From an uncultured Syntrophomonadaceae bacterium (GTDB lineage: Bacteria > Bacillota > Dethiobacteria > DTU022), in the NCBI GenBank assembly GCA_964441025.1, contig CAYTXG010000003.1, positions 63,527 to 127,526 of the forward strand: a stretch of DNA of 64,000 nt, given 5' to 3'. Within the stretch, counting starts at the first letter, position 1; each line of letters begins with the position of its first letter. The translations under genes and the position numbers were made by a program. Under the pieces are notes generated by a model. That model was not told where the DNA came from. It saw only the letters and a list, made by a program, of their open reading frames with translations, and did no database searches. Positions 9,944-19,139 of this stretch are shown in pieces.

Positions 9944-10092
9944 CCCGGCGGGCCGGATAGAGCGGAGCAATTACCGGCCCGGCAGAGCCCCGGTTCAGCT
10001 GTTTTTTCCGTAAACGCCCAGCCCGGCGGCCTCGGTAAATACAGCGGCGGCTCCTGATCAGATACGCCTTCGGCGCAGGAGCGGCACTCAGG

Positions 10093-11016
10093 CTATTCCG
10101 GCAGGATCTGCAGCAGACGCAGCCCCCAGAGCAGCGGCGTTATCCGGATCTCCTCTCCGGCAAGAGCGCGGCGGAAAAAACCCATGGCAATGGCGGTGCG
10201 CGCCTGCAGCATCGCCTCCCCTGACTCCGCCGCAGCCAGCGCCGGCGCACCCATATAGGGTTTCATCTGCCGATCACCCACCCAGGCCAGCGTTGCAGCA
10301 AGATGTTTTATATCTTCGCCAAGAATTCGCGAAAAAAGGGAAACAAGGCGTCCGAGAAATAGAACTGCTCCCGACGAGGGCGGCGGCAGCGAAGGCTCCA
10401 CCGTGCGCCAGTTTTCCCTGACCTGCTCCGGGTGGGACCGCAGCATTAGTGAAGTTTCATTGGTCCCCGCATGGGCATCGGCATCGTCACCGCAGTTGCC
10501 CGGCCGCAGCCCCGTCTCTTCCAGAAAGGCGGGATCATGCTGAACCATGAGCCGGAAATCACGGTTGAAAGGATTTACCAGACAGAAGCGGTGGCGGCGC
10601 CAGGCCTGCCGCGAGGCCGCTTCGGTGGCCATCTGGTGCCGCGGGCCGCCATGATTGTCTGCCAGAAATAGGTAGCGGAAACCCTGCGCCGCCAGCCCCC
10701 TGACATATGCCAGCAGCACTTTCCGCAGCAGAGGAGCAGGCACCGACAGGGAGCCCTTTACCGGCAGGGCGTCGGAGCCCAGGTACAGGGAAGGCAGCTC
10801 CACAAGGGTATAATCGGGATATTCTTCATGCAGGGCGTCTGCATAGCGCTGCAGCAGATCCTGGGCGACAAAGACATCGGTACCCAGGGGCAGGTGCGGG
10901 CCGTGAACCTCAATGGGGCTTACCGCCATCAGAAAAATGGTTTTCTCCCGGTCCAGGGCCTCAATCTCGGGGAGTGACATTCGGACATAGGTCGCCGTCT
11001 CGGCCATTGGGAACAC
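10093..11016 (-). CDS. Creatininase-family amidohydrolase
   Basis: 307 aa. SPIEVHGPHLPLGTDV and ...DAHAGTNETSLM motifs of creatinine amidohydrolase-like proteins. Confidence 0.75.
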   Translation of the reverse strand: MFPMAETATYVRMSLPEIEALDREKTIFLMAVSPIEVHGPHLPLGTDVFVAQDLLQRYADALHEEYPDYTLVELPSLYLGSDALPVKGSLSVPAPLLRKVLLAYVRGLAAQGFRYLFLADNHGGPRHQMATEAASRQAWRRHRFCLVNPFNRDFRLMVQHDPAFLEETGLRPGNCGDDADAHAGTNETSLMLRSHPEQVRENWRTVEPSLPPPSSGAVLFLGRLVSLFSRILGEDIKHLAATLAWVGDRQMKPYMGAPALAAAESGEAMLQARTAIAMGFFRRALAGEEIRITPLLWGLRLLQILPE

Positions 11017-11235
11017 CTCCGGTTGAATTTTATATTCTTCTACCTGATCATTTATTCCCGATTGAGGTGCTCCTTCCTGCTTGCCGCCCCGAGAATACGG
11101 GCCGCATTGGCAATGGCCAGCAAACCCCGGCCCAGACCGCAGAGGGCTTCCAGGGGGTACCCGCTCCGGACAGGGTAAAAGCGATTAGAAATAGAGCCTC
11201 GCTGAAAAAAGGAAAAGGACCGGGATGGCGGATAA

Positions 11236-11279
11236 TCCTTAAAATCGGTTGGAGCCGGTGCCCGGCACCGGCTCCAACC
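11236..11279 (-). terminator. Strong hairpin terminator downstream of the HK / RR / UPF0173 operon
   Basis: Perfect inverted repeat GGTTGGAGCCGGTGCC-CGG-CACCGGCTCCAACC, followed on the minus strand by GATTTTAAGG. Confidence 0.5.
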
Positions 11280-11325
11280 AACATATTCCTTGCAGTTTCT
11301 CTGTTAGCAAAAAGCAGGCGGCAGC

Positions 11326-12000
11326 CTAAAAGCTGTGTACCTCACCAGGCTGCAAAATAACGCAGTCCGTTTCCACCTGCCGCTCCACCTTCTCCTTGAA
11401 CAGTTTTGGATCAGCTTCAATAATGGGCCAGGTGTTGTAATGAAAGGGGATCACCTGGCGGGCTTTTAAAAAGGAGGCGGCGACAGCGGCATCATCGATG
11501 CCCATGGTAAAATTATCGCCAATGGGCAAAAGGGCCAGGGCAAGGGCATGCAACTCCCCGATAAGCTTCATATCGCCGAAAAGGCCGGTGTCACCGCTAA
11601 AATAGATCACCTTGCCGCCGTATTCAACGATAAAGCCACAGGCATGGCCTCCGGGAATACCCGAGCCGTGAAGAGCCAGCGTCGCCTTGACCGATCCGAA
11701 TGGAAAGCGGTGGCTGCCGCCGATATGCAGGGCATGGGCGCGGCAGCCTCTTTCTTGTGCCGCATCGGCTATCTCCGCGGTAGAGATGATCAGTGCATCA
11801 TTGGCGGCGGCAATGTCGTAGGCGTCGCCCAGATGATCGCCATGCGCATGCGAGACGAGGATATAGCGGACCCTGATATCAGCGGGATCAACTTTTGCTG
11901 CAGGATTGCCCGAGAGGAAGGGATCAAAAAGCAGGGTTTCTCCATCTTGTCCCTCCAGTAAAAAACAGGCATGTCCCAAGAATGTGAGTTTCGGCATCAT
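11326..12000 (-). CDS. UPF0173-type metal-dependent hydrolase (MBL fold)
   Basis: MMPKLTFLGHACFLLEG...ILVSHAHGDHLGDA. GGAGGTG RBS before ATGATG at 12000. The track start at 12111 is too long. Confidence 0.75.
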   Translation of the reverse strand: MMPKLTFLGHACFLLEGQDGETLLFDPFLSGNPAAKVDPADIRVRYILVSHAHGDHLGDAYDIAAANDALIISTAEIADAAQERGCRAHALHIGGSHRFPFGSVKATLALHGSGIPGGHACGFIVEYGGKVIYFSGDTGLFGDMKLIGELHALALALLPIGDNFTMGIDDAAVAASFLKARQVIPFHYNTWPIIEADPKLFKEKVERQVETDCVILQPGEVHSF

Positions 12001-12001
12001 A

Positions 12002-12454
12002 TCACCTCCGGGAATATACTCCTTCATCACCTGCAGCCATTCTATCATAAACTTTTTGCAGCGGCATAGATCCGCTGTTAACAATCCCCGGCACCGGCAC
12101 CGCCTCGGCAACCAGTTTCAGCAAGTCTTTTACATTGAAAGGTTTTTCCAGAACGCCTACTATATTTTCTTCCGCTTCAACCCGATCTGCAATTGCTTCC
12201 TTGTAACCTGTGACAAAAAGAATTTTCACATCATTATGATCCTGCCGGATCATCCGGGCTACTTCGAAACCATTCACCGCACCAAGTTTTATATCAATAA
12301 TTGCCAGGCGGGGACGGTAGCGGCTCACAGCACTGATTCCCCTCGCTGCATCACCGGCCACATCGCAGCTATAGTTACACATGGCCAGAACCTGCTGTAG
12401 TATCCAGCGGATGCCTTCATCATCATCAATTACCACTACATCAACGGAATCCAT
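12002..12454 (-). CDS. Single-domain response regulator (CheY/Spo0F-like receiver)
   Basis: 150 aa. VVVIDDDEGIR...AIIDIKLG...LFVTGY...EKPF; the acidic pocket, phospho-Asp, Thr and Lys are all present. No output domain. Confidence 0.8.
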   Translation of the reverse strand: MDSVDVVVIDDDEGIRWILQQVLAMCNYSCDVAGDAARGISAVSRYRPRLAIIDIKLGAVNGFEVARMIRQDHNDVKILFVTGYKEAIADRVEAEENIVGVLEKPFNVKDLLKLVAEAVPVPGIVNSGSMPLQKVYDRMAAGDEGVYSRR

Positions 12455-12500
12455 CCTTTCATCCCTTTCTCTTTATATTGATCCTCCAAACAGGCTCGTG

Positions 12501-14522
12501 TTACGTTATATTATCGCAGACCGGCAGTGCCAGGTTGACCGTTGTCCCTTTGCCCACCCCGCTCACTATATCCAGATCTCCTCCCATCATTCTCACAATT
12601 GTTGAAGAGATGTAGAGGCCCAGCCCGGTGCCGCCGGGCTTTGTCGTAAAAAACGGCCTGGTTAACATCTCCATATTTTCAGCGGGAATCCCCGGCCCGT
12701 TATCCTTCAGGATAACATGGACCCGGCCATTTCTCAGAGAAGTGGATATTTCCAGTTCGCCCCCTTCCCTCAGCGCTTCAATGGCGTTGCGGGCAATATT
12801 GAGCAGCACCTGCTTGATGCTGTCGGGAGAACCGAGTACCTCCGGCATCTTCCCCGGGCAGAGATTGATCTTAAGATCTATTTCGTTTAGCAAAGCTTCA
12901 CTGTTCAGCAAAAAGGATAATTCATGGATAATATCATTTAAATTTACCTTTTCCAGTCTTTTTTCCGGCTGGGGCTTGGTGATATCCAAAAAATTTGTAA
13001 GTATAGCACCCATCCGGTCCATTTCGCACTCCAGCTTAAGCAGCAGTTCCTCCTGCTTGACGGGATCTTCAAAAATTCTGATCAGCTGAATAGCCGCCTT
13101 TGCCGTAGCCAGGGGGTTGCGAATTTCATGGGCCAACCCGGCGGCGACCTCCCCTGCTTTGGCCAGCCTTTCCCAATCCTGGATTTCATGATGGATTTTT
13201 ACCCGTTCGTTTATATCGCTGAACAGCAGAACAGCGCCGGCGCTGCCGCCATCTTCGCGCAACAGGGGAACAACCTCCCAGCACAGATAGCCCTGTGAAC
13301 CCCCGCCGGCCGGGGCGGAACATTCCTGCATAGAACTACCGTTGTTTCCGGCAGCAATGCAGACGGCCTCTTCAATTTGATGGTCCAGATTGCAGCAGCC
13401 GATCGGCATACCTGCCTTGGGAATCGTCCTGTCCAAACCGTTGAAGAATGTTTTTGCCGCGTGGTTCATCAAGAAAATGATGCCCTTGCTGTCGACGACA
13501 ACAATGCCCTGCTCGATGGAGTTAAAAATTTTTCCCCAGCGATATTGAAATACTCTTGACAGCAGTGAAACTTTCAGGGCAAGGGCGGCCTTTTCAGCCA
13601 GAGCAAGAAGCGCCTGCCGGAAAGGGCCGCCTTCTGCGCTGATGAGGCCCAGGTAGACGGAGGCGGCGCCGCTCCTGCAGTGAAGCCCTTCAAATGTCGA
13701 GGCGTATTCCTTTTCGACCCTCTCTTGAACCAGTCCGCCAAAAATATGGACCGGATCTTTCAGCCTCCCCAGCGATTTCCAATCATCTGCTAGAGCTGTC
13801 ATGATCCGGTGCCCTTCACCACAGCTGAGAGTTAGCATCCGGCCCGGATGCTCATAACTGAAGACAAAAGCGCCCCCGTCCCCGGCAAAAGCCGCCAGGA
13901 AACAGGCTATGAGTTTCAGGACGGCTTCCAGATCAAAATATCCGGGATCAAAAGTCAGCGCTATAAGCTCGTTAACCAAAGCAACGGCCGGCAGAAGCGC
14001 AACCAGGCCCGGTTCACTGCAGCAGCGGTACAGCGCGGAGTGCAGACTGACGATCCGGGCAAGACGCTCCTTTATCTCCCTCCGGGCCGCCGGCGTCATA
14101 TGAACGCTTAAAGGGCTGCGCCTGGGGTCCTTCAGCCCCTCCGCCCCTTTTAAATAATCCTCCGGGTGTTTCGGTTTCCGCCCCTCGGAGCGGTATCCCA
14201 GAAGCAGAAAGGAACCGTTTTCGAGCCTGGCCGTGCTCACAACCATCCCGAAGGGATCAACCAGCAATTGACCTTTTCCAAGATCAGTATGCACCTGGGG
14301 GATACGTCTGTAGAAATCTTCATAAGCCGCCATCAGTGGAGGATGACCGCCCTGCCCGATGGCAGAACAGGGGGGATTATAAAGAGAAAGCAACCGTCCG
14401 CGCCGATCAATCGTGGCAATGCTCATCTTCAACACACATGCCAGGGCTTCCCAAAAATCATGCCATGGGGGCGTATGCCCTTCCTCCGGTTTACCGGACA
14501 TGCAGTAAAACTTTATAATCAT
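12501..14522 (-). CDS. Soluble PAS/GAF sensor histidine kinase
   Basis: H-box HEIRNPLATAKAA. ATPase region DNGPGIP...GGTGLGLYIS. No transmembrane segment. Start ambiguous: ATG at 14522 (MIIKFY, SD only 2 nt away) or GTG at 14579. Confidence 0.8.
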   Translation of the reverse strand: MIIKFYCMSGKPEEGHTPPWHDFWEALACVLKMSIATIDRRGRLLSLYNPPCSAIGQGGHPPLMAAYEDFYRRIPQVHTDLGKGQLLVDPFGMVVSTARLENGSFLLLGYRSEGRKPKHPEDYLKGAEGLKDPRRSPLSVHMTPAARREIKERLARIVSLHSALYRCCSEPGLVALLPAVALVNELIALTFDPGYFDLEAVLKLIACFLAAFAGDGGAFVFSYEHPGRMLTLSCGEGHRIMTALADDWKSLGRLKDPVHIFGGLVQERVEKEYASTFEGLHCRSGAASVYLGLISAEGGPFRQALLALAEKAALALKVSLLSRVFQYRWGKIFNSIEQGIVVVDSKGIIFLMNHAAKTFFNGLDRTIPKAGMPIGCCNLDHQIEEAVCIAAGNNGSSMQECSAPAGGGSQGYLCWEVVPLLREDGGSAGAVLLFSDINERVKIHHEIQDWERLAKAGEVAAGLAHEIRNPLATAKAAIQLIRIFEDPVKQEELLLKLECEMDRMGAILTNFLDITKPQPEKRLEKVNLNDIIHELSFLLNSEALLNEIDLKINLCPGKMPEVLGSPDSIKQVLLNIARNAIEALREGGELEISTSLRNGRVHVILKDNGPGIPAENMEMLTRPFFTTKPGGTGLGLYISSTIVRMMGGDLDIVSGVGKGTTVNLALPVCDNIT

Positions 14523-15097
14523 CACCTCCAGAGTCGCTGATTTTAACGATAGCCGTGTACAACCCGTTCCAGAATACACGGGGCAAGCCCGGACCGGGAG
14601 TACTGTGAGAAACTGCGCTTTTTGATAAGTAGAAAATTTTGCTGTATGTTGAGAGGGATTAGAGCAGGTCTGCTATACAAGTAAAGTTTCCTGATCCTTG
14701 CCGGTTTTACCTGTCAGCTGTTTCAAAATGTTTCCTGAATACTTTAACACTAAGTATAACAATTAGTGAAAATAAAAACAAGTATATTTTGCGTGGCGAT
14801 GCTTACTTTTATGCTTAGTTTTGCTTTCTTTTTACCGCGGGAGGCTGTACCCGCAGGAGATGGGGGCGAATATATGGGTTATCGGTCAAAAATGGCCCGT
14901 TACACGCCCCTGTTATTATTTGCCTTAACCCGCTTATGCCGGCCCCGGAACAGGCCGCAGGACTGCACCTGGCGCCCCGCCCTGTAGTCCACCAGATGCG
15001 GATAAAAGGATCGCAGCCTTTCCCGGCGAACACTGTAGTTAAAATAGAGGCGCGCACTGTTATCTTGCAGCCGGGCCAGGCAACGGGGGGATCCATC

Positions 15098-16591
15098 ATG
15101 CTTTACCGCAGTACTCGCGGAGATAATACATGTTACTCCGCAGCCGGAGCGGTGTTGAAAGGACTTGCCGGCGACGGCGGTCTTTTTGTTCCAGCGGAGC
15201 CGCTGCCTTCAATAGACCTGGAGTCCCTTGCCGGCAAAAACTATCCCGGGCGGGCTGCCGCCGTTACACGCCCCTTTATGGAGGAATTCTCTGCCGCAGA
15301 GATTGCCGCATTCTTCATGAGTGCTTATGGAGGCGCCAATTTCAGACACCCGGCCATTGCGCCCATTCACAAACTGGAAAAAGGGCTCTACATCCTGGAA
15401 CTGTGGCACGGCCCCACCTGCGCCTTTAAAGATATGGCACTGCAATTTTTGCCGCACCTGCTCGCCGGGGCGGCGGCAAAAACCGGAGAAAGGTCCGCGG
15501 CAGTCATCCTTGTCGCCACCTCGGGGGATACGGGCAAGGCCGCCCTCGAAGGTTTCCGCGATGTGCCGGGAACACATGTCATTGTTTTCTATCCCCACGA
15601 GGGAGTCAGCGAGCTGCAGCGCAGACAGATGTCTACGCAGGAAGGCGGCAATGTCCATGTCGCAGCCGTGCGGGGCAATTTCGACGATGCCCAGGCCGGG
15701 GTAAAATCGCTCTTTGCAGATCGAGCCCTGTCGGTAAAACTGGCCCGCAAGGGTTTCAAATTCACGTCGGCCAATTCTATAAACTGGGGCCGCCTGCTGC
15801 CCCAGATTGCCTACTACTTTTCTGCCTACGTGGACTTGCAAAACAGCGGAGAGGTCAAGAATGGGGAAAGAATTAACTTTGTTGTTCCCACCGGCAATTT
15901 CGGCAACATCCTGGCTGCTTTTTATGCCGCCCGCATGGGGCTGCCGGTGCACAAGTTGATCTGCGCCACAAACAGAAACAACGTGCTCAGCGATTTTTTC
16001 AATACCGGTCTCTACAACCGGAACCGCCCCTTTTATCGCACCATCTCCCCATCCATGGATATTCTTCTCTCCAGCAACCTGGAGCGGCTGCTTTTCGAGT
16101 TGGCCGGCGGCGATCCCGCCAGGGTTAGGGAGTGGATACGCCTTCTGCAGGAGAAAGGTTCCTTTCGGATTGAACCGGAAAGCACCGGTTCCGTCACCGG
16201 CATATTCCGCTCCCATTGGGCCGGCGATGACGAGACAACAGCCGCCATTGGGGATACTTACCGGAAATACGGCTACCTGCTTGACCCGCACACGGCTGCC
16301 GGAAAAGCAGTCTATGACAAGTACCGGGCATCCACCGGTGACACCACCAAAACCGTCATCACCGCCACGGCCAGCCCCTTTAAATTTGTAGAAAGCGTTG
16401 TCCCCGCCGTGCTGCCCGGAAGACGAACCGCCGGCCGATCCGCCTTTGAGATGCTGCCGGTGCTGGCGCAGGCAGCCAGACTGGAGATCCCCGCACCTCT
16501 AAATAATCTGGAGGCGCTGCCGGTACGGCACCGCACTGTTGTCGACAAAGGGGATATTCAAAGGGTCGTGCTGGACTATCTGGGCCTGTGA
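15098..16591 (+). CDS. thrC: Threonine synthase (long ThrC form)
   Basis: MLYRSTRGD... N-terminus. PLP lysine in CAFKDMALQF. Gly-rich loop SGDTGKA. The track start at 14936 is a GTG/TTG extension lying in a 160-nt leader. Confidence 0.85.
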   Translation: MLYRSTRGDNTCYSAAGAVLKGLAGDGGLFVPAEPLPSIDLESLAGKNYPGRAAAVTRPFMEEFSAAEIAAFFMSAYGGANFRHPAIAPIHKLEKGLYILELWHGPTCAFKDMALQFLPHLLAGAAAKTGERSAAVILVATSGDTGKAALEGFRDVPGTHVIVFYPHEGVSELQRRQMSTQEGGNVHVAAVRGNFDDAQAGVKSLFADRALSVKLARKGFKFTSANSINWGRLLPQIAYYFSAYVDLQNSGEVKNGERINFVVPTGNFGNILAAFYAARMGLPVHKLICATNRNNVLSDFFNTGLYNRNRPFYRTISPSMDILLSSNLERLLFELAGGDPARVREWIRLLQEKGSFRIEPESTGSVTGIFRSHWAGDDETTAAIGDTYRKYGYLLDPHTAAGKAVYDKYRASTGDTTKTVITATASPFKFVESVVPAVLPGRRTAGRSAFEMLPVLAQAARLEIPAPLNNLEALPVRHRTVVDKGDIQRVVLDYLGL

Positions 16592-16651
16592 ACATAACCC
16601 ATCTACAGAGAAATGATCGGCAGCACGTTCGGGTCCCGCCAGATGCCGGTT

Positions 16652-16698
16652 GCATTTACTTTGTCGACTAGCATTTACTTTGTCGACTAGCATTTTTA
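16652..16698. repeat. Tandem direct repeat, 2.4 copies of GCATTTACTTTGTCGACTA
   Basis: Seen directly; sits between the thrC stop and the codY promoter. Confidence 0.6.
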
Positions 16699-16718
16699 TA
16701 ATTAAACTTAAAAAGAAT

Positions 16719-16747
16719 TTGATATTTGTTATAGAATCCTGTATATT
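16719..16747 (+). promoter_or_regulatory. Sigma-A promoter of codY (TTGATA-17-TATATT)
   Basis: TTGATAtttgttatagaatcctgTATATT, about 90 nt upstream of codY. An AATTTGATATTTGTT CodY-box-like sequence overlaps it. Confidence 0.5.
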
Positions 16748-16833
16748 AGGATATTAGGGGAAAGGAACACCCTTTCTTAAATATTTAAACTCTAGCTACG
16801 CAACAACAATATAAGCACAAGGAGACAAGAAGC

Positions 16834-17616
16834 ATGATAACTTCGCCACTTCTAGAAAAATCTCGTCGTATCAACCAGCATTTGCAGAAAGATGCCAGCC
16901 GGCATGTGGACTTTAACAAGCTGGCTGAAGTCTTGAAAGATCTGGTCCAGGCAAACACCTATATCGCAGACAGCACAGGTAAAATCCTGGGGTGGTCCCA
17001 ACTCTACGACGTAGATTGTGAGCTGCTGTTCGAAGGGGCAGCGGATGATTTATTCTTTACCAAGGAATTTTGCAGAGACTTTTTGATGAAAGACGACCGG
17101 GAGCATATCAATGTTCACCAAAAAAACAAAAGCTGCCTCTTTGTTGAAGGGGAAAAATGCAGCTACAGCAACAGGTATCTCTCTACAATCCCCATTATCT
17201 GGGGGGACAAGCGGCTGGGCACACTATTCCTGGCCCGCTTTGAAAAACCTTTTAACACAGATGACCTTGTACTTCTGGAAATAAAATCAATTGTCGTCGG
17301 AATGGAGATGTATCGCCTGAGCGTAGCAATGAAGAACCGGGAGCTCCGCCAAAGAAACAACGCCAGGCTGGCGCTGGATACTCTCTCTTATTCCGAATAC
17401 CAGGCCATCAAAAAGGTCCTTGAAGAGCTGGATGGGGAAAGGGGTTTTCTGGTAGCCAGCAGGATTGCCGACGAGCTTGGGATCACCCGCTCTGTAATAG
17501 TTAACGCCATTCGCAAGTTTGAAAGCGCCGGAGTAATTGAGTCAAGATCGCTGGGCATGAAAGGAACCCATATCCGGGTGCTGAACACTCACCTGTGGGA
17601 GTTTCTGGATAAATAA
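16834..17616 (+). CDS. codY: GTP-sensing pleiotropic repressor CodY
   Basis: 260 aa. GAF-like N-terminal domain. C-terminal wHTH ASRIADELGITRSVIVNAIRKFESAGVIESRSLGMKGT. Confidence 0.9.
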   Translation: MITSPLLEKSRRINQHLQKDASRHVDFNKLAEVLKDLVQANTYIADSTGKILGWSQLYDVDCELLFEGAADDLFFTKEFCRDFLMKDDREHINVHQKNKSCLFVEGEKCSYSNRYLSTIPIIWGDKRLGTLFLARFEKPFNTDDLVLLEIKSIVVGMEMYRLSVAMKNRELRQRNNARLALDTLSYSEYQAIKKVLEELDGERGFLVASRIADELGITRSVIVNAIRKFESAGVIESRSLGMKGTHIRVLNTHLWEFLDK

Positions 17617-17661
17617 GCATGGAACATGGCAGTGTATTTTTAAATAAGCGCCAATAAATAT

Positions 17662-17703
17662 CCCCGGGCCCGGTTCAGCATCCGGACCCGGGGTTCTTTT
17701 TTG
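17662..17703 (+). terminator. Rho-independent terminator after codY
   Basis: CCCCGGGCCCGG...CCGGACCCGGGG hairpin followed by TTCTTTTTT. Confidence 0.6.
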
Positions 17704-17827
17704 TAATAAACCATGAAGTTGTCAAGATAAATACATCTGTTTTTTTGGGCAAGGCTGGATAAAATGTACAGGGCCCCCCTGCAATAACAGGGAGGCCCCG
17801 GAACAAGAGCCGGCCGCTAAGCAAGCT

Positions 17828-18913
17828 TCACACATCGGAAGACGACGGACAGGGCACGCAAAGCACGTCGCAGGGTTTGAGCACTTTCAGATTGGTGATC
17901 TGCGGATTGGCGGTTGCAAGGGCATCCACGGAGACACCGTACCTCTGCGCAATGGTAAACATGGTATCGCCAGCCACAACTGTGTAGCGCCCCTTGAAAC
18001 CGGGCGGACAGGACACCGGCTCCCGGCATGTTGGAGGCGGCGGCCCACCACCGGGCACACAGAGCACATCACAGGGGAAAATCTGGCTGGGATCACTGAT
18101 CTGCGGATTGGCAGCCGCAAGGGCGTCCACAGAGACACCGTACCTCTGCGCAATGGTAAACATGGTATCGCCAGCCACAACTGTGTAGCGCCCCTTGAAA
18201 CCGGGCGGACAGGACACCGGCTCCCGGCATGTTGGAGGCGGCGGCCCACCACCGGGCACACAGAGCACATCACAGGGGAAAATCTGGCTGGGATCACTGA
18301 TCTGCGGATTGGCAGCCGCAAGGGCGTCCACAGAGACACCGTACCTCTGCGCAATGGTAAACATGGTATCGCCAGCCACAACTGTGTAGCGCCCCTTGAA
18401 ACCGGGCGGACAGGACACCGGCTCCCGGCATGTTGGAGGCGGCGGCCCACCACCGGGCACACAGAGCACATCACAGGGGAAAATCTGGCTGGGATCACTG
18501 ATCTGCGGATTGGCGGCTATCAGCGCATCAAGAGAGACCCCGAAACGCTGTGCAATAAAGTACATGGTATCGCCCGCCACAACTGTGTAGCGCCCCATAA
18601 AACCGGGCGGGCAGCGATCCGGTTTCCGGCATGCAGTTGACGGCGGTCCGCCGGGAACACAGAGCACATCGCCGGGATAAATCAGGCCAGGATCGCTGAT
18701 CTGCGGATTGGCGGCTATCAGCGCATCAAGAGAGACCCCGAAACGCTGTGCAATAAAAAACATGGTGTCACCGGGGACAACGGTGTAACGGCCCTGGAAA
18801 CCGGGCGGGCAAAAAGCCGGATGCCGCCCCCCTCCTTTAGGCTTTATACCTGTAAATGAAATAGAGGCTTCGCCGGAGCCCGGAAAGGAACCGCTGCTGT
18901 AATGTCTGACCAT
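17828..18913 (-). CDS. Cys/Pro-rich protein with five LysM domains, no signal peptide (spore-coat SafA-like)
   Basis: The unit GRYTVVAGDTMFTIAQRYGVSVDALAAANPQISDPSQIFPCDVLCVPGGGPPPPTCREPVSCPPGFK repeats five times. Strong RBS. A CATATAATA sigma-K -10-like element lies upstream. Confidence 0.8.
   Translation of the reverse strand: MVRHYSSGSFPGSGEASISFTGIKPKGGGRHPAFCPPGFQGRYTVVPGDTMFFIAQRFGVSLDALIAANPQISDPGLIYPGDVLCVPGGPPSTACRKPDRCPPGFMGRYTVVAGDTMYFIAQRFGVSLDALIAANPQISDPSQIFPCDVLCVPGGGPPPPTCREPVSCPPGFKGRYTVVAGDTMFTIAQRYGVSVDALAAANPQISDPSQIFPCDVLCVPGGGPPPPTCREPVSCPPGFKGRYTVVAGDTMFTIAQRYGVSVDALAAANPQISDPSQIFPCDVLCVPGGGPPPPTCREPVSCPPGFKGRYTVVAGDTMFTIAQRYGVSVDALATANPQITNLKVLKPCDVLCVPCPSSSDV
17880..18890. 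repeat. Five 201-bp tandem repeats inside the LysM gene; the middle three are nearly identical
   Basis: Plus-strand track ORFs at 17994, 18195 and 18396 are identical 64-aa artefacts spaced exactly 201 nt apart. Confidence 0.85.
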
Positions 18914-19139
18914 GAGGCAAGACCTCCTTTCTAGATGATGCTGAGTGAAGGGGGTAAACGGAAACGTGCAGCAGCTCTTCTTACCCGCTCACCCGGTATA
19001 TTATATGCGCCGCTACAGTAACGGTTAATGAATTGACGGGAACGGCCCTACCGTCTAATGGTGGACCGCTCCCGTTGCCAGCGGCGGGGGCGGGGGCGCC
19101 GGCAACCCCCGTGGGCCTGCCTTCAAGAAGTAAAATCAG

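Noticed and set aside
14766-14987. 73-aa ORF with a hydrophobic N-terminus in the AT-rich HK/thrC divergent region
   Set aside because: GTG start without an RBS. Lies in the promoter and leader region of thrC. Composition looks like low-complexity intergenic DNA.
15209-16291. 360-aa minus-strand ORF
   Set aside because: Antisense to thrC, which has clear family motifs. Shadow ORF.
17994-18590. Three identical 64-aa plus-strand ORFs, spaced 201 nt apart
   Set aside because: They are reflections of the 201-bp tandem repeats on the strand opposite the LysM gene, not genes and not a CRISPR array (units are contiguous and protein-coding on the other strand).
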